Of a stretch of DNA of 64,000 bases, positions 10,882 through 20,173 are shown piece by piece. A program made the position numbers and the translations under genes. The DNA is from an uncultured Candidatus Saccharibacteria bacterium (GTDB taxonomy: Bacteria; Patescibacteriota; Minisyncoccia; Phycocordibacterales; UBA9973), in contig CAZBZO010000005.1 of the NCBI GenBank assembly GCA_964496425.1, positions 10,015 through 74,014 on the forward strand, in the 5' to 3' direction. The notes beneath the pieces are model-generated. The model did not search any database and was not told the DNA's origin. It saw nothing but the letters and a program-made list of their open reading frames with translations. The first letter of the stretch is position 1, and every line of letters begins with the position of its first letter.

Positions 10882-12590
10882 AGAAAGAAACGAAACAATG
10901 TAAGAATTGCGCAAAAGATTTCACTATAGAGTCGGATGACTTTGATTTTTATGAAAAGGTAAAGGTTCCGCCGCCAACGTTTTGTCCGGAGTGTCGCATG
11001 ATCCGCAGATTTCAGCTTCGCAACGAACGCACCTGGCATCGTCGTGTCTGTGATGCGACTGGCAAACCTCTGCTTTCTATGTTTGCATCTGATGTGCCAT
11101 ACAAAGTCTATGAGCTCAATTATTGGAAGAGTGATGCCTGGGATCCGATGGAATATGGGCACGTCTATGACTCGTCGCGCTCCTTTTTTGCCCAATTCGA
11201 CGAGCTCATGCGTGCGGTGCCGCATGCCAACTTGATTCAGAAAAACAACGCCAATAGTGACTATTCAAATGCGACGCTCAATGCCAAGAATTGTTACTAT
11301 TGTTCAAGTCTTGATACGGGGGAGGATTGCAGTTATTGCTTTACTGGCAACATTCGTATAAAAAATTGCCTTGACCTGCATCAATCTATCGATGACGAAT
11401 TCTCGTATGAGCTTGTGGATTGCCTCAAATGCAACCGGCTTTTATTTGGACAAAATTGCGAAGGATGCGTAGATTCGATGTTTTTGTATGATTGTCGCAA
11501 CTGCACCAATTGTTTCGGTTGTGTGGGACTTCGCAATAAACAGTACTGTATATGGAATGAGCAGCATTCGCGTGAGGACTATCTTGAGCAAATGAAACAG
11601 CTGCGAGCGGGAAGCTATCAGACTCTACTCGCGGCTAAAGAAAAATTTGAAGAACTGAAGCTCCGGGTGCCGCGAAAATTTGCTGTCATTCAAAAAGCTG
11701 AGAATGTTTCCGGTGACGATATTTTAAATGCTCGCAACTGCCACCAATGCTTCGTCGTGCGAAATAGCGTAGAGAACTTAAAGTACTGCTATCGTGTCTG
11801 GGAAAACTCTAAAGATATTTGGGATGGGTTTGTGGCCTGGCGTGGATCAGAAATGATGTACGAAGTAGTGAGCTGTACTGGTCAGCGTATTTATTTCTCC
11901 GCCTATATTTGGGGCGGCAATGACATTTTTTATTCGTACAATTGTTTCGATTGCAACAATATCTTTGGCTGTGTCGGTCTCCGAAGCAAATCGTACTGCA
12001 TTTTTAATACCCAATACTCGAAAGAAGAGTATGAAGTATTGATAGCGCAAATCATTGAAAAAATGAAAATAGATGGTGAGTACGGAGAATTTTTCCCTGC
12101 AAGCATTTCGCCCTTCGCGTACAATGAAACAGTAGCACAGGATTATTTTCCCAAAATCAAAGATGATGCACAGGCGAGTGGGTATCGATGGCGAGACGCG
12201 GAAGAAAAAAACTACAATGTTACGATGAAAAGCGAGGCGATCCCAGACGGTATCGCCGAAGCAAGCGACGATATTTTAAAAGAAGTGATCGAATGCGCAC
12301 ACCAAGGAGTATGTAGCGAACAATGCGCGACGGCGTTTCGTCTTACCTCTGACGAGCTCGTTTTTTACCGTACCATGAAACTTCCACTCCCACGACTCTG
12401 TCCGTCATGTCGCCACTATGGTCGGGTCAAGCTCAAAAATCCGCTTCGGCTTTGGAATCGCACCTGTACGTGCGAGCGGGATACTCATACTCACTCGGGA
12501 CCTTGTTCCAATACATTTCAAACGCCGTATTCACCGGAGCGCTCGGAGATGATATATTGCGAAGAATGTTACAATGCGGAAATAGTTTAA
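10878..12590 (+). CDS. Large Cys-rich protein, copy 2 (paralog of 7353-9104)
   Basis: CKNC..FYEKVKVPPPTFCPECR, CFGCVGLR, YGEFFP and terminal YCEECY. Confidence 0.85.
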   Translation: MKKETKQCKNCAKDFTIESDDFDFYEKVKVPPPTFCPECRMIRRFQLRNERTWHRRVCDATGKPLLSMFASDVPYKVYELNYWKSDAWDPMEYGHVYDSSRSFFAQFDELMRAVPHANLIQKNNANSDYSNATLNAKNCYYCSSLDTGEDCSYCFTGNIRIKNCLDLHQSIDDEFSYELVDCLKCNRLLFGQNCEGCVDSMFLYDCRNCTNCFGCVGLRNKQYCIWNEQHSREDYLEQMKQLRAGSYQTLLAAKEKFEELKLRVPRKFAVIQKAENVSGDDILNARNCHQCFVVRNSVENLKYCYRVWENSKDIWDGFVAWRGSEMMYEVVSCTGQRIYFSAYIWGGNDIFYSYNCFDCNNIFGCVGLRSKSYCIFNTQYSKEEYEVLIAQIIEKMKIDGEYGEFFPASISPFAYNETVAQDYFPKIKDDAQASGYRWRDAEEKNYNVTMKSEAIPDGIAEASDDILKEVIECAHQGVCSEQCATAFRLTSDELVFYRTMKLPLPRLCPSCRHYGRVKLKNPLRLWNRTCTCERDTHTHSGPCSNTFQTPYSPERSEMIYCEECYNAEIV

Positions 12591-12605
12591 ATAGTAAGTA
12601 GAAAA

Positions 12606-13403
12606 ATGCAAACAAAAGGCAAAAAGCAACGAATAAAACCAAAAGTCATCGTCATGTCTGGCTACGGGCTCAACTGCGAAGAAGAGACCAAGTACGCTTT
12701 CGAATGGGCTGGCGCGGTGGCTGACATCGTCCATATCAATGACCTGATCGACGGACGCAAAAAGCTCAAGGGCTATCAGATCTTAGCGGTACCAGGTGGA
12801 TTTTCGTACGGTGACGACACAGGGTCTGGCAAAGCCTATGCCAATAAAATGAAAAATCACCTCATGGATGATCTAGAGAATTTTATTGCTCGCGATACGC
12901 TCATGATCGGTATATGCAATGGCTTTCAAGTGCTCACCTCAGCTGGCTTTCTACCTGGCGCGCTGACCTACAATGAAAGTGCGCGATATATCGACCGTTG
13001 GGTAGATCTCAAAATCGAAAATCAAAGAAGTCCCTGGCTCTCTGGCATTACCACGCTTTCCGTACCTATTGCTCATGGTGAAGGTAAATATATTTTTGAT
13101 GCAAAGATAAAAAAAGAACTTGAGCGTGATAATAGTATCGCACTTCGCTATACCAAAGGCGACATGTGTAAGTATCAAAATTTACAAGCCAATCCAAATG
13201 GTGCTATGGAAGACATAGCAGGCGTGACGGCAAAAAATGGTAGAATACTCGGCATGATGCCGCACCCAGAACGAGCCATGTTTTCTCATCAATTGCCAAA
13301 CTTTTCGCTTGAAAAAGAAAAAGCCAAGCGTGCCGGAAAAGAAATTCCCGAAGAAGGACCAGGACTCCAGATTTTTAGAAACGCTATAAAATATTTTCAA
13401 TAA
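12606..13403 (+). CDS. purQ: FGAM synthase glutaminase subunit
   Basis: PGGFSYGD, GICNGFQ, IAHGEG and GMMPHPER motifs. Confidence 0.96.
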   Translation: MQTKGKKQRIKPKVIVMSGYGLNCEEETKYAFEWAGAVADIVHINDLIDGRKKLKGYQILAVPGGFSYGDDTGSGKAYANKMKNHLMDDLENFIARDTLMIGICNGFQVLTSAGFLPGALTYNESARYIDRWVDLKIENQRSPWLSGITTLSVPIAHGEGKYIFDAKIKKELERDNSIALRYTKGDMCKYQNLQANPNGAMEDIAGVTAKNGRILGMMPHPERAMFSHQLPNFSLEKEKAKRAGKEIPEEGPGLQIFRNAIKYFQ

Positions 13404-13406
13404 TAT

Positions 13407-14846
13407 ATGCACGACCTTACAGAAAAATGCGGTATTTTCGGCATCTATGGTCGCGACATGGATGTGTCACGCTTGGCCTTCTTCGGCCTCTTTGCGCTCC
13501 AGCATCGCGGACAAGAAAGTTCGGGTATGTCGGTCGGCGATGGCGAAAAAATAATTTCCTATCGTGGTGCAGGACTTGTGTCAGCAGTGTATAACGAGCA
13601 AAACCTAAAACGCCTGCAAGGGCATATTGCCATCGGCCACAATCGTTACTCGACCTCTGGTGCATCGGTCCTCTGTCATTCTCAGCCGATCGCGATCGGA
13701 GAAACATTTGATTTTCAAAATGAGATGCGTGAGGGAAGTATCGGCGGCTTAGTCGCTTTTGCTCACAATGGCAACTTGCCATCAGTCACGGCGCTTACAG
13801 AGTTTTTGAAAGACAAAGGTGTTTTGCTTGATGAACGTTCGGACTCTGAACTTATGGCCGAAGCGATTTTGTATTATGTAAAAAATGGCAAAAGCCTGCC
13901 GGAAGCTATGCGCGAAGCCTATCCGCTTTTTACCGGAGCATTTTCGCTGGTGGTAGCAACCAAAGATACTTTAGTCGCTGTGCGTGATAGCTGTGGTATT
14001 CGTCCGCTTTCGCTTGGGAAACTCAACGGCGGTCATATCGTAGCATCGGAGACCTGCGCATTTAAAACGATTGGTGCGGAGTTTGTACGTGATATTTTGC
14101 CAGGTGAAATGGTAGTGATTGACGATACAGGCGTACAGTCGATCCAGATCGTTCCGCCAAACCCTAAGCTTGATATTTTTGAATTTGTCTATTTCGCCCG
14201 AGCGGACAGTACAATTGACGGACAGTTGGTCTATGAAGTCCGTAAGCGCTGTGGGGAAGAGTTGGCACGAGAATATCATATTGAGGCTGATATCGTGATC
14301 CCAATCCCAGAGACGGCTATACCGGTCGCTATCGGCTACGCCAATGTCTCCAAAATCCCGATTGAAATGGCACTGGTGAAAAACCGTTACGTGCATCGAA
14401 CCTTTATCGAGCCGGAACAACACTCACGCGATCTCGGCGTGAAGCTCAAACTCGTGCCCTTGCCTGAAATGATCACTGACAAGCGTGTGGTGGTCATGGA
14501 CGACTCTATTGTGCGTGGTACAACTTCACGACAGATCGTGGCAATGCTCTTTGAAGCTGGAGCCAAAGAAGTACATTTTCTGATCAGCTCGCCGCCGGTC
14601 CGCTTCCCAGACTTTTATGGTATCAATACGCCTGATCAAAAAGATCTGATCGCTTCGCAAAAAACCGTGGAAGAAATCCGCGAATACCTCGGCGCCACCT
14701 CGCTTGGCTATTTGTCACTCGACGGCCTCGTGAAATCCACGGGTCTCCCGAAAGATCACTTTTCAATGTCGTGCTTTACCGGTGAGTATCCGATCGATCT
14801 CCACGAGCGCGCACACGATTTCTCGCACGATGTGCCAAAAAATTAA
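13407..14846 (+). CDS. purF: Amidophosphoribosyltransferase
   Basis: Short propeptide then CGIFG, LQHRGQES, GHNRYST and DDSIVRGTT. Confidence 0.97.
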   Translation: MHDLTEKCGIFGIYGRDMDVSRLAFFGLFALQHRGQESSGMSVGDGEKIISYRGAGLVSAVYNEQNLKRLQGHIAIGHNRYSTSGASVLCHSQPIAIGETFDFQNEMREGSIGGLVAFAHNGNLPSVTALTEFLKDKGVLLDERSDSELMAEAILYYVKNGKSLPEAMREAYPLFTGAFSLVVATKDTLVAVRDSCGIRPLSLGKLNGGHIVASETCAFKTIGAEFVRDILPGEMVVIDDTGVQSIQIVPPNPKLDIFEFVYFARADSTIDGQLVYEVRKRCGEELAREYHIEADIVIPIPETAIPVAIGYANVSKIPIEMALVKNRYVHRTFIEPEQHSRDLGVKLKLVPLPEMITDKRVVVMDDSIVRGTTSRQIVAMLFEAGAKEVHFLISSPPVRFPDFYGINTPDQKDLIASQKTVEEIREYLGATSLGYLSLDGLVKSTGLPKDHFSMSCFTGEYPIDLHERAHDFSHDVPKN

Positions 14847-14858
14847 TTTTACATAAAA

Positions 14859-14890
14859 AAAGGGCGGTCTGATAATTCAGACCGCCCTTT
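14859..14890. terminator. Bidirectional intrinsic terminator
   Basis: 14-bp perfect stem AAAGGGCGGTCTGA/TCAGACCGCCCTTT between convergent genes. Confidence 0.85.
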
Positions 14891-14906
14891 CAATTTTTAA
14901 TTAGAT

Positions 14907-15266
14907 TCAGAATTTAATCTGATCTAAGCCGATTAAACCTGCAACTGTACCACCATTTTTGAGAAAGTAGTATCCCATCATTACCAATGCCAACAAAACT
15001 CCAGAAAGCCATCCGTCAAGGAATTCTTTCGTTTGCATAAATTTTGGGATTATTCTTTCGGAGAAACGTTCCAGTTTATTTCTGAAAATAATAAATAGAA
15101 TTGCTAACCCAATGATTCCCCAAAGCCAATACCAAAGTATTCCAATTTGAAACATTTTGTAATAGAGGGGAATGATTGCCAAAGTAGTTACTCCCATGAA
15201 TACTGGTGTTAATAATCCGGTTGACCATCCCAGAAAACGATTGCGGAATTGAATTGCAGTGATCAT
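14907..15266 (-). CDS. AT-rich orphan membrane protein (about 3 TM)
   Basis: 119-aa ORF with its own promoter, leader and terminator. Confidence 0.7.
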   Translation of the reverse strand: MITAIQFRNRFLGWSTGLLTPVFMGVTTLAIIPLYYKMFQIGILWYWLWGIIGLAILFIIFRNKLERFSERIIPKFMQTKEFLDGWLSGVLLALVMMGYYFLKNGGTVAGLIGLDQIKF

Positions 15267-15375
15267 GATTGTTGATTTTTGAGTTTAGAAATTAGTTTGT
15301 GAAAAGCTCTGTTTACCACAGGGGATAGACAAGGCTTTTCACAAACCGACTCAAAACTAATTTTTGTCAGAGAAC
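15267..15375 (-). promoter_or_regulatory. Structured 5' leader: boxA-like GTTCTCTGA followed by a long hairpin
   Basis: 13-bp perfect stem GTTTGTGAAAAGC/GCTTTTCACAAAC plus an outer stem. Same layout at 54164-54274 and 55474-55576. Confidence 0.6.
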
Positions 15376-15389
15376 AGTTATTAATAGTA

Positions 15390-15418
15390 ATTATAGCAAA
15401 AATATCCTTATTTGTCAA
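15390..15418 (-). promoter_or_regulatory. Perfect consensus sigma70 promoter
   Basis: TTGACA-17-TATAAT with TG extension on the minus strand. Confidence 0.85.
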
Positions 15419-15447
15419 GGATAAAAAACCTTGTATTTAAATGGTTT

Positions 15448-16158
15448 TTAATGCTCGTGGGGAATAAGTATCAAAATTGCCGAGAGAAGAATAGCTCCAA
15501 CGACAAATCCCCAAATGGTATTTTGGGTCCATTTCGTATGGCGAATGTCGGTACTCACTTTCCAAGAAATGATTCCGGCTGAAAGCGCAATGAGAATACT
15601 TTCAAGTGCCGCTCCATTTTTCAGGAAAAGTGCTAAGAGTACGCTTAAAGAAACAAAAAATGAAATGAAAAGTGCACGCTTTGGCTTGATACCGCTATCC
15701 ACCAGGAGTACTTGCTGTCCGCTTTGTTGGACCATTTGATGACCGATGATGCCGGCAAGGGAGGTCAGTCCCACTCCGATACTAAAACCAAATCCCGAAA
15801 TGATAGCGATACCGTCGACGATATTGTGGAGGAAATCAGAAAGAAGGATCCGCCAGGTACTGGCTTTGGTGTGATGATGTTTTCCCTCGGCACTTTCGTG
15901 GTGGTGGTGGAATTCTTTGAAATACACGCCGATCAAAATACTTATGATGAGCCCGGCAAGCGCCCAGAGGGAAGCAGGAAGTACGCCACGTTGCTCAATG
16001 GCTTCCCGGAGAAGTAAAATAACGAGCGTCGCATAGACACCGAGACCAAAGCCGCGGACTGCGCTTTTTTGGAAAAATTCTCGATTGCGAGGCAAAAGCA
16101 ACACCAAAGCCATTGGTACCAGTGCCGCAGCAAGTAAATATAAAATAATATGTGTCAC
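15448..16158 (-). CDS. ZIP-family metal transporter (divergent)
   Basis: Multiple TM helices, His-rich loop HHHHESAEGKHHH and DFLHNIVDG. Confidence 0.75.
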   Translation of the reverse strand: MTHIILYLLAAALVPMALVLLLPRNREFFQKSAVRGFGLGVYATLVILLLREAIEQRGVLPASLWALAGLIISILIGVYFKEFHHHHESAEGKHHHTKASTWRILLSDFLHNIVDGIAIISGFGFSIGVGLTSLAGIIGHQMVQQSGQQVLLVDSGIKPKRALFISFFVSLSVLLALFLKNGAALESILIALSAGIISWKVSTDIRHTKWTQNTIWGFVVGAILLSAILILIPHEH

Positions 16159-16217
16159 CAGATTAGTATAAACATTATTGGAGAAGTCACAAGTATGGGG
16201 TATAAATAGGGAGTTTG

Positions 16218-16296
16218 GAATTACAAATTAGTAATTACTAATTACAAATTGAAATAATAACTACTAGGACGAGTATTCATTTGTAATTTTTAATTC
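16218..16296. repeat. Heptamer-type (AATTACA/TGTAATT) inverted repeat pair with no cargo, in the purN leader
   Basis: GAATTACAAATTAGTAATTACTAATTACAAATTGAAATA ... TATTCATTTGTAATTTTTAATTC. Confidence 0.6.
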
Positions 16297-16307
16297 AGCA
16301 TTATTTT

Positions 16308-17027
16308 ATGCGCATTGCATTACTTATATCTGGTAGTGGAACAACAGCCGAAGCGATCATCAAAGCTTGCACGAGCGGGCGGCTTTCGGGTGTCGAGCCA
16401 GCTCTTGTGATCGCCAGCCGTGCCGACAGTGGCGGTATTGTCCGAGCCAAAGAAGCCGGCATAAAAGAGGAAGATATCGTAGTCATTGATCCAAAAACAT
16501 TTGCGGGCAGTGAAGAGTTCGGTCAGGCGATTATTGTTGAATGCAAAAAAAGAAATGTGGATTTTGTCGGCCAGTACGGCTGGATGATAAAAACACCAGA
16601 AAATGTGATTCGTGAATATGAAGGCATGATGACCAACCAACATCCGGGACCGCTTGATCCTGGCCGTGCAGACTTCGGCGGAGTAGGAATGTACGGTATG
16701 CGAGTACATCAGGCACGACTGTGCTTTGTGAAGAAAACTGATAGGGAATATTGGAGTGAAGCCACGGCCCAACGAGTGGCAGTGCATTTCGATGAAGGTG
16801 CTGTGGTTCACAGCAAGCGTGTAGAGATACTTCCTGACGATACTGCCGAAACACTTGCCGCTCGCATGCTTCCGATCGAACATGAAGTGCAGATTGAAAC
16901 CTTACAAATGTTTGCAAATAAAGCCGTAAAGGAAATTATTCGCGATACACCATTCGTCTTCCCTGGGGAGGAAGGAATTCTTAAAGTATGTAAAAAAGAA
17001 GCTGTTCAGTTATATCCAAATGGGTAG
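16308..17027 (+). CDS. purN: Phosphoribosylglycinamide formyltransferase
   Basis: ALLISGSGT, NQHPGPL, FGGVGMYG and FDEG motifs. Confidence 0.92.
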   Translation: MRIALLISGSGTTAEAIIKACTSGRLSGVEPALVIASRADSGGIVRAKEAGIKEEDIVVIDPKTFAGSEEFGQAIIVECKKRNVDFVGQYGWMIKTPENVIREYEGMMTNQHPGPLDPGRADFGGVGMYGMRVHQARLCFVKKTDREYWSEATAQRVAVHFDEGAVVHSKRVEILPDDTAETLAARMLPIEHEVQIETLQMFANKAVKEIIRDTPFVFPGEEGILKVCKKEAVQLYPNG

Positions 17028-17041
17028 AATTTTATAAAAAA

Positions 17042-17067
17042 AGCGACCTTAAGTTGATAAGGTCGCT
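17042..17067. terminator. Intrinsic terminator between convergent genes
   Basis: AGCGACCTTA-agttga-TAAGGTCGCT, with the T-tract on the minus strand. Confidence 0.8.
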
Positions 17068-17088
17068 GATTGTGACTAATTTTAGTCT

Positions 17089-17502
17089 TTATTTTTGAGA
17101 AACTACTACCAGGAGTTTATTTTGTGTACGGTTTTTTTTCTTTGCTTCATGACCATCTTGAGTCAGAAATTCTATGCTTTCTTCAAGCATTTCTTTCATT
17201 TGTGGCCCCGCGAAAGCTATCATGTAGGAATGCGCAGGAAGCTCTATAAATTTACCAGTACTTTTACCATTTTTTATACCTAAATCTTCGGTACCTATAC
17301 CAAATACATTCCCCAAAAATTCTGGATTTGTTTTCTCGTATCCTTCAGTCTGAGCCTTTTCAGAATTCTCCATTACAGCTTGACGGATATTTGTTTCATT
17401 TACGCCATAGTGATTTAGTTTGATTAATAAATAGCCCGTAAGCCATTTTTTCTCGTTCCGGTCATGTTTTTCGGAGAGTGAACCAAGATTTATAGTTTTC
17501 AT
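17089..17502 (-). CDS. AT-rich orphan protein
   Basis: 137-aa ORF with its own promoter and terminator. Confidence 0.7.
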   Translation of the reverse strand: MKTINLGSLSEKHDRNEKKWLTGYLLIKLNHYGVNETNIRQAVMENSEKAQTEGYEKTNPEFLGNVFGIGTEDLGIKNGKSTGKFIELPAHSYMIAFAGPQMKEMLEESIEFLTQDGHEAKKKNRTQNKLLVVVSQK

Positions 17503-17522
17503 TTTTTTAAATTATTTTTTCG

Positions 17523-17551
17523 ATATTAACACTAAATTTTAAATAAGTCAA
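17523..17551 (-). promoter_or_regulatory. Sigma70 promoter
   Basis: TTGACT-17-TAATAT. The spacer resembles the promoter at 22065-22093. Confidence 0.7.
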
Positions 17552-17592
17552 ATTTTCTACTATTTTAAATTTAGTTGTGTTACTATTCCGGC

Positions 17593-18879
17593 ATGAATGA
17601 AAAGCTTACGGTTTTGCTCGTAGGAGGGGGAGGTAGGGAGCATGCGCTCGCCAAAAAAATCTCCGAATCCCCACGACTCGGTAAGCTCTATATTGCTCCT
17701 GGGAACCCTGGCACTGCCACCCTAGGCGAAAATATTCCTATCAAGGCCACAGCTCTCAATGAGCTTGGCGACTTTGCAGAACAAAATCATGTTGATCTCA
17801 CTATTGTCGGCCCCGACGATCCGCTTGCGGAAGGTATCGTCGATCTCTTTAAAGCTCGCGGACTTCGAATATTTGGCCCAGAAAAAAGTGCAGCAAAACT
17901 TGAAAGTTCAAAAGCTTTTGCTAAAGACTTCATGAATGCCCATGCCATACCGACAGCATCGTTTGAAGTGTTCAATGAATACGATAAAGCTCGTGCCTAT
18001 ATCGAAACGCAGATTTTCCCGCTGGTGGTGAAAGCCAGTGGTTTGGCACTTGGCAAAGGCGTCTTCATTTGCAAAACACTCGAGGTGGCTGAAGAGGCAC
18101 TCAAAAAAATAATGATTGACCAGGCATTTGGAGAAGCTGGAAGTCAGGTAGTGATCGAAGAATATTTGGACGGTATGGAAATTTCTACGCATGCATTTTG
18201 TGACGGTAAAACATTTCGCATGTTTCCAACCTCGCAAGATCATAAGCGAGTACTGGACGGTGATCAAGGTGAAAATACTGGTGGTATGGGTACGATCGCA
18301 CCGCTTCCGTTTGTAAGTGACGCTGAAATCGAAATTATCGCTGAAAGTGTTGTTCGACCTACTCTCGCAGGTATGAAAGAAGTAGGGGCGCTGTATACCG
18401 GTGTGCTGTATCCTGGGCTGATGATGACTACCCGTGGCCCGCGCGTACTTGAATTCAACGCTCGCTTCGGTGATCCAGAAACACAAGTCTATATGCGGCT
18501 TTTGAAGACTGATATTTTAGATATTGTCGATGCGTGTATAGATGGTACGCTTTCTGAGGTTGCTATTGAATGGTATCCAGGTTTTGCTGCCTGTCTGGTC
18601 CTTGCATCAGGCGGCTATCCAGGAGTGTATGCAAAAGGAAAAAAAATTACCGGTATTTCGAAAGCGGAAGCATTACCGGAAGTGGTGGTGTTTCATGCTG
18701 GGACGAGTATGGAAAAAGGCAAACTTGTTACTTCAGGCGGTCGCGTGCTTGGAGTCACCGCTGTAGCTGATACACTAGAAGAAGCCTTGGCGCGAGCGTA
18801 TCAAGCAGCAGCGCTCATACATTTTGACGACATGCAGTACCGGAGAGATATAGGGAAACGGGCTTTGGACAGTAAGTAG
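17593..18879 (+). CDS. purD: Phosphoribosylamine-glycine ligase
   Basis: GGGGREHAL, LESSKAFAK, NTGGMG, EFNARFGDPE and TSGGRVL motifs. Start moved to MNEKL. Confidence 0.97.
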   Translation: MNEKLTVLLVGGGGREHALAKKISESPRLGKLYIAPGNPGTATLGENIPIKATALNELGDFAEQNHVDLTIVGPDDPLAEGIVDLFKARGLRIFGPEKSAAKLESSKAFAKDFMNAHAIPTASFEVFNEYDKARAYIETQIFPLVVKASGLALGKGVFICKTLEVAEEALKKIMIDQAFGEAGSQVVIEEYLDGMEISTHAFCDGKTFRMFPTSQDHKRVLDGDQGENTGGMGTIAPLPFVSDAEIEIIAESVVRPTLAGMKEVGALYTGVLYPGLMMTTRGPRVLEFNARFGDPETQVYMRLLKTDILDIVDACIDGTLSEVAIEWYPGFAACLVLASGGYPGVYAKGKKITGISKAEALPEVVVFHAGTSMEKGKLVTSGGRVLGVTAVADTLEEALARAYQAAALIHFDDMQYRRDIGKRALDSK

Positions 18880-18900
18880 TGAGTAGTAAATAGTAAGTAG
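18871..18900 (+). repeat. Left arm of a 30-bp long-range inverted repeat (AGTAART units)
   Basis: AGTAAGTAGTGAGTAGTAAATAGTAAGTAG is 27/30 identical to the reverse complement of 24747-24776. Confidence 0.8.
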
Positions 18901-18934
18901 GGGCGCAAATTTCTAATAGTAAACTTAGAAAAGA

Positions 18935-20173
18935 ATGAAAATAATTTTTTACGAAACAAAAAAAGTACAAAATCTCTGGCCGATCGTAGCTACTCGGCCG
19001 GCTTCAGAAATATTTTGCGGTGGCGCGACGCTTTGCGATCTAGTCGGCCGGCAATTTCCTAAAATTTCACCCTCGTTTATCGTTCGTCCATATCTTGAGT
19101 CTCTTGCGTACGAACGCCATCCACGCTCGGCTCGAATAGGTAAAATTGACGATGATGTATTATTTTTAAATACAGCCATGGTGCCTGATATCAGCCTATT
19201 TGTAGAGCTTGCTCGTTCTTTCAAGGGGAAAAGTGTACGGTTTGTAAATGGCTCTCAAGTGATCGGTGCTTACCTCACAAAAAAAGATGCATTGGCAGTG
19301 TCGGAGAAGCTGGAGAAGCTTACGTTTGGCACAGTTGAACGCACTATCAAAAGTCTAGACCTACTCGAACGCAAAACTGACGCCCGTCTTTTTGAGTTTG
19401 GGTATCAAGTCGTGTCAGAAAATCAGCAGATACTTTCTTCCAATATTTCAATTCTCAAAAAAGGTCTTCGTGAATCTCGCCGCGGAGTGTATGTCGGCAA
19501 AAATGTCCGCGTCGCACAAAACGTATTCTTTGATACAAAGCATGGGCAGATTATTCTTGAAGAAAATGTTGTAGTAAAACCATTTGCGTATTTGAAAGGC
19601 CCGATCTATGTCGGACGTGATTCAGTCATCAATGAATTTTCAAGTATCAAAGAATATACGGCACTTGGGCCGGTATGTAAAGTTGGTGGTGAAATCGAAG
19701 CCTCTGTGATTCAAGGCTATTCCAACAAACAACACTACGGCGGACTTTTTCATAGCTATGTCGGCCGCTGGGTCAATATGGGTGCTGGTACTAATACGTC
19801 GAATTTAAAAAATACCTATGGCACGGTGCGGGTCCTCGGTGAGGATACCGGGGAACAATTCTTCGGCGCCATCATCGCTGACTATGTGAAGACAGCTATT
19901 AACACTGCTATTTATACAGGGAAAGTGATTGGCCCCTCTGCGCACATCTATGGAGCAGTGACGTCTGATGTTCCGGGTTTTGCAAGCTATGTGTCGGTCG
20001 GCTCGCAGTACGAGCTACCACTGCCGCTTGCAGAGAAGATTCAGAAAGCTATGGCGAAACGAAGAGACATCCCATATAATCAAACAGATGAAAAGTTACT
20101 TCTTCATCTGTTTAATGAAACAGCAACGGATCGTAAAAATGCTAAAGTCAAAAAAGGGAAGTTGCAATTCTGA
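18935..20173 (+). CDS. GlmU-related sugar nucleotidyltransferase/acetyltransferase
   Basis: N-terminal LWPI..TRP..EI.CG, hexapeptide repeats and SNKQH..SYVGRWVNMGAGTNTSNLKNTYG. Confidence 0.85.
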   Translation: MKIIFYETKKVQNLWPIVATRPASEIFCGGATLCDLVGRQFPKISPSFIVRPYLESLAYERHPRSARIGKIDDDVLFLNTAMVPDISLFVELARSFKGKSVRFVNGSQVIGAYLTKKDALAVSEKLEKLTFGTVERTIKSLDLLERKTDARLFEFGYQVVSENQQILSSNISILKKGLRESRRGVYVGKNVRVAQNVFFDTKHGQIILEENVVVKPFAYLKGPIYVGRDSVINEFSSIKEYTALGPVCKVGGEIEASVIQGYSNKQHYGGLFHSYVGRWVNMGAGTNTSNLKNTYGTVRVLGEDTGEQFFGAIIADYVKTAINTAIYTGKVIGPSAHIYGAVTSDVPGFASYVSVGSQYELPLPLAEKIQKAMAKRRDIPYNQTDEKLLLHLFNETATDRKNAKVKKGKLQF

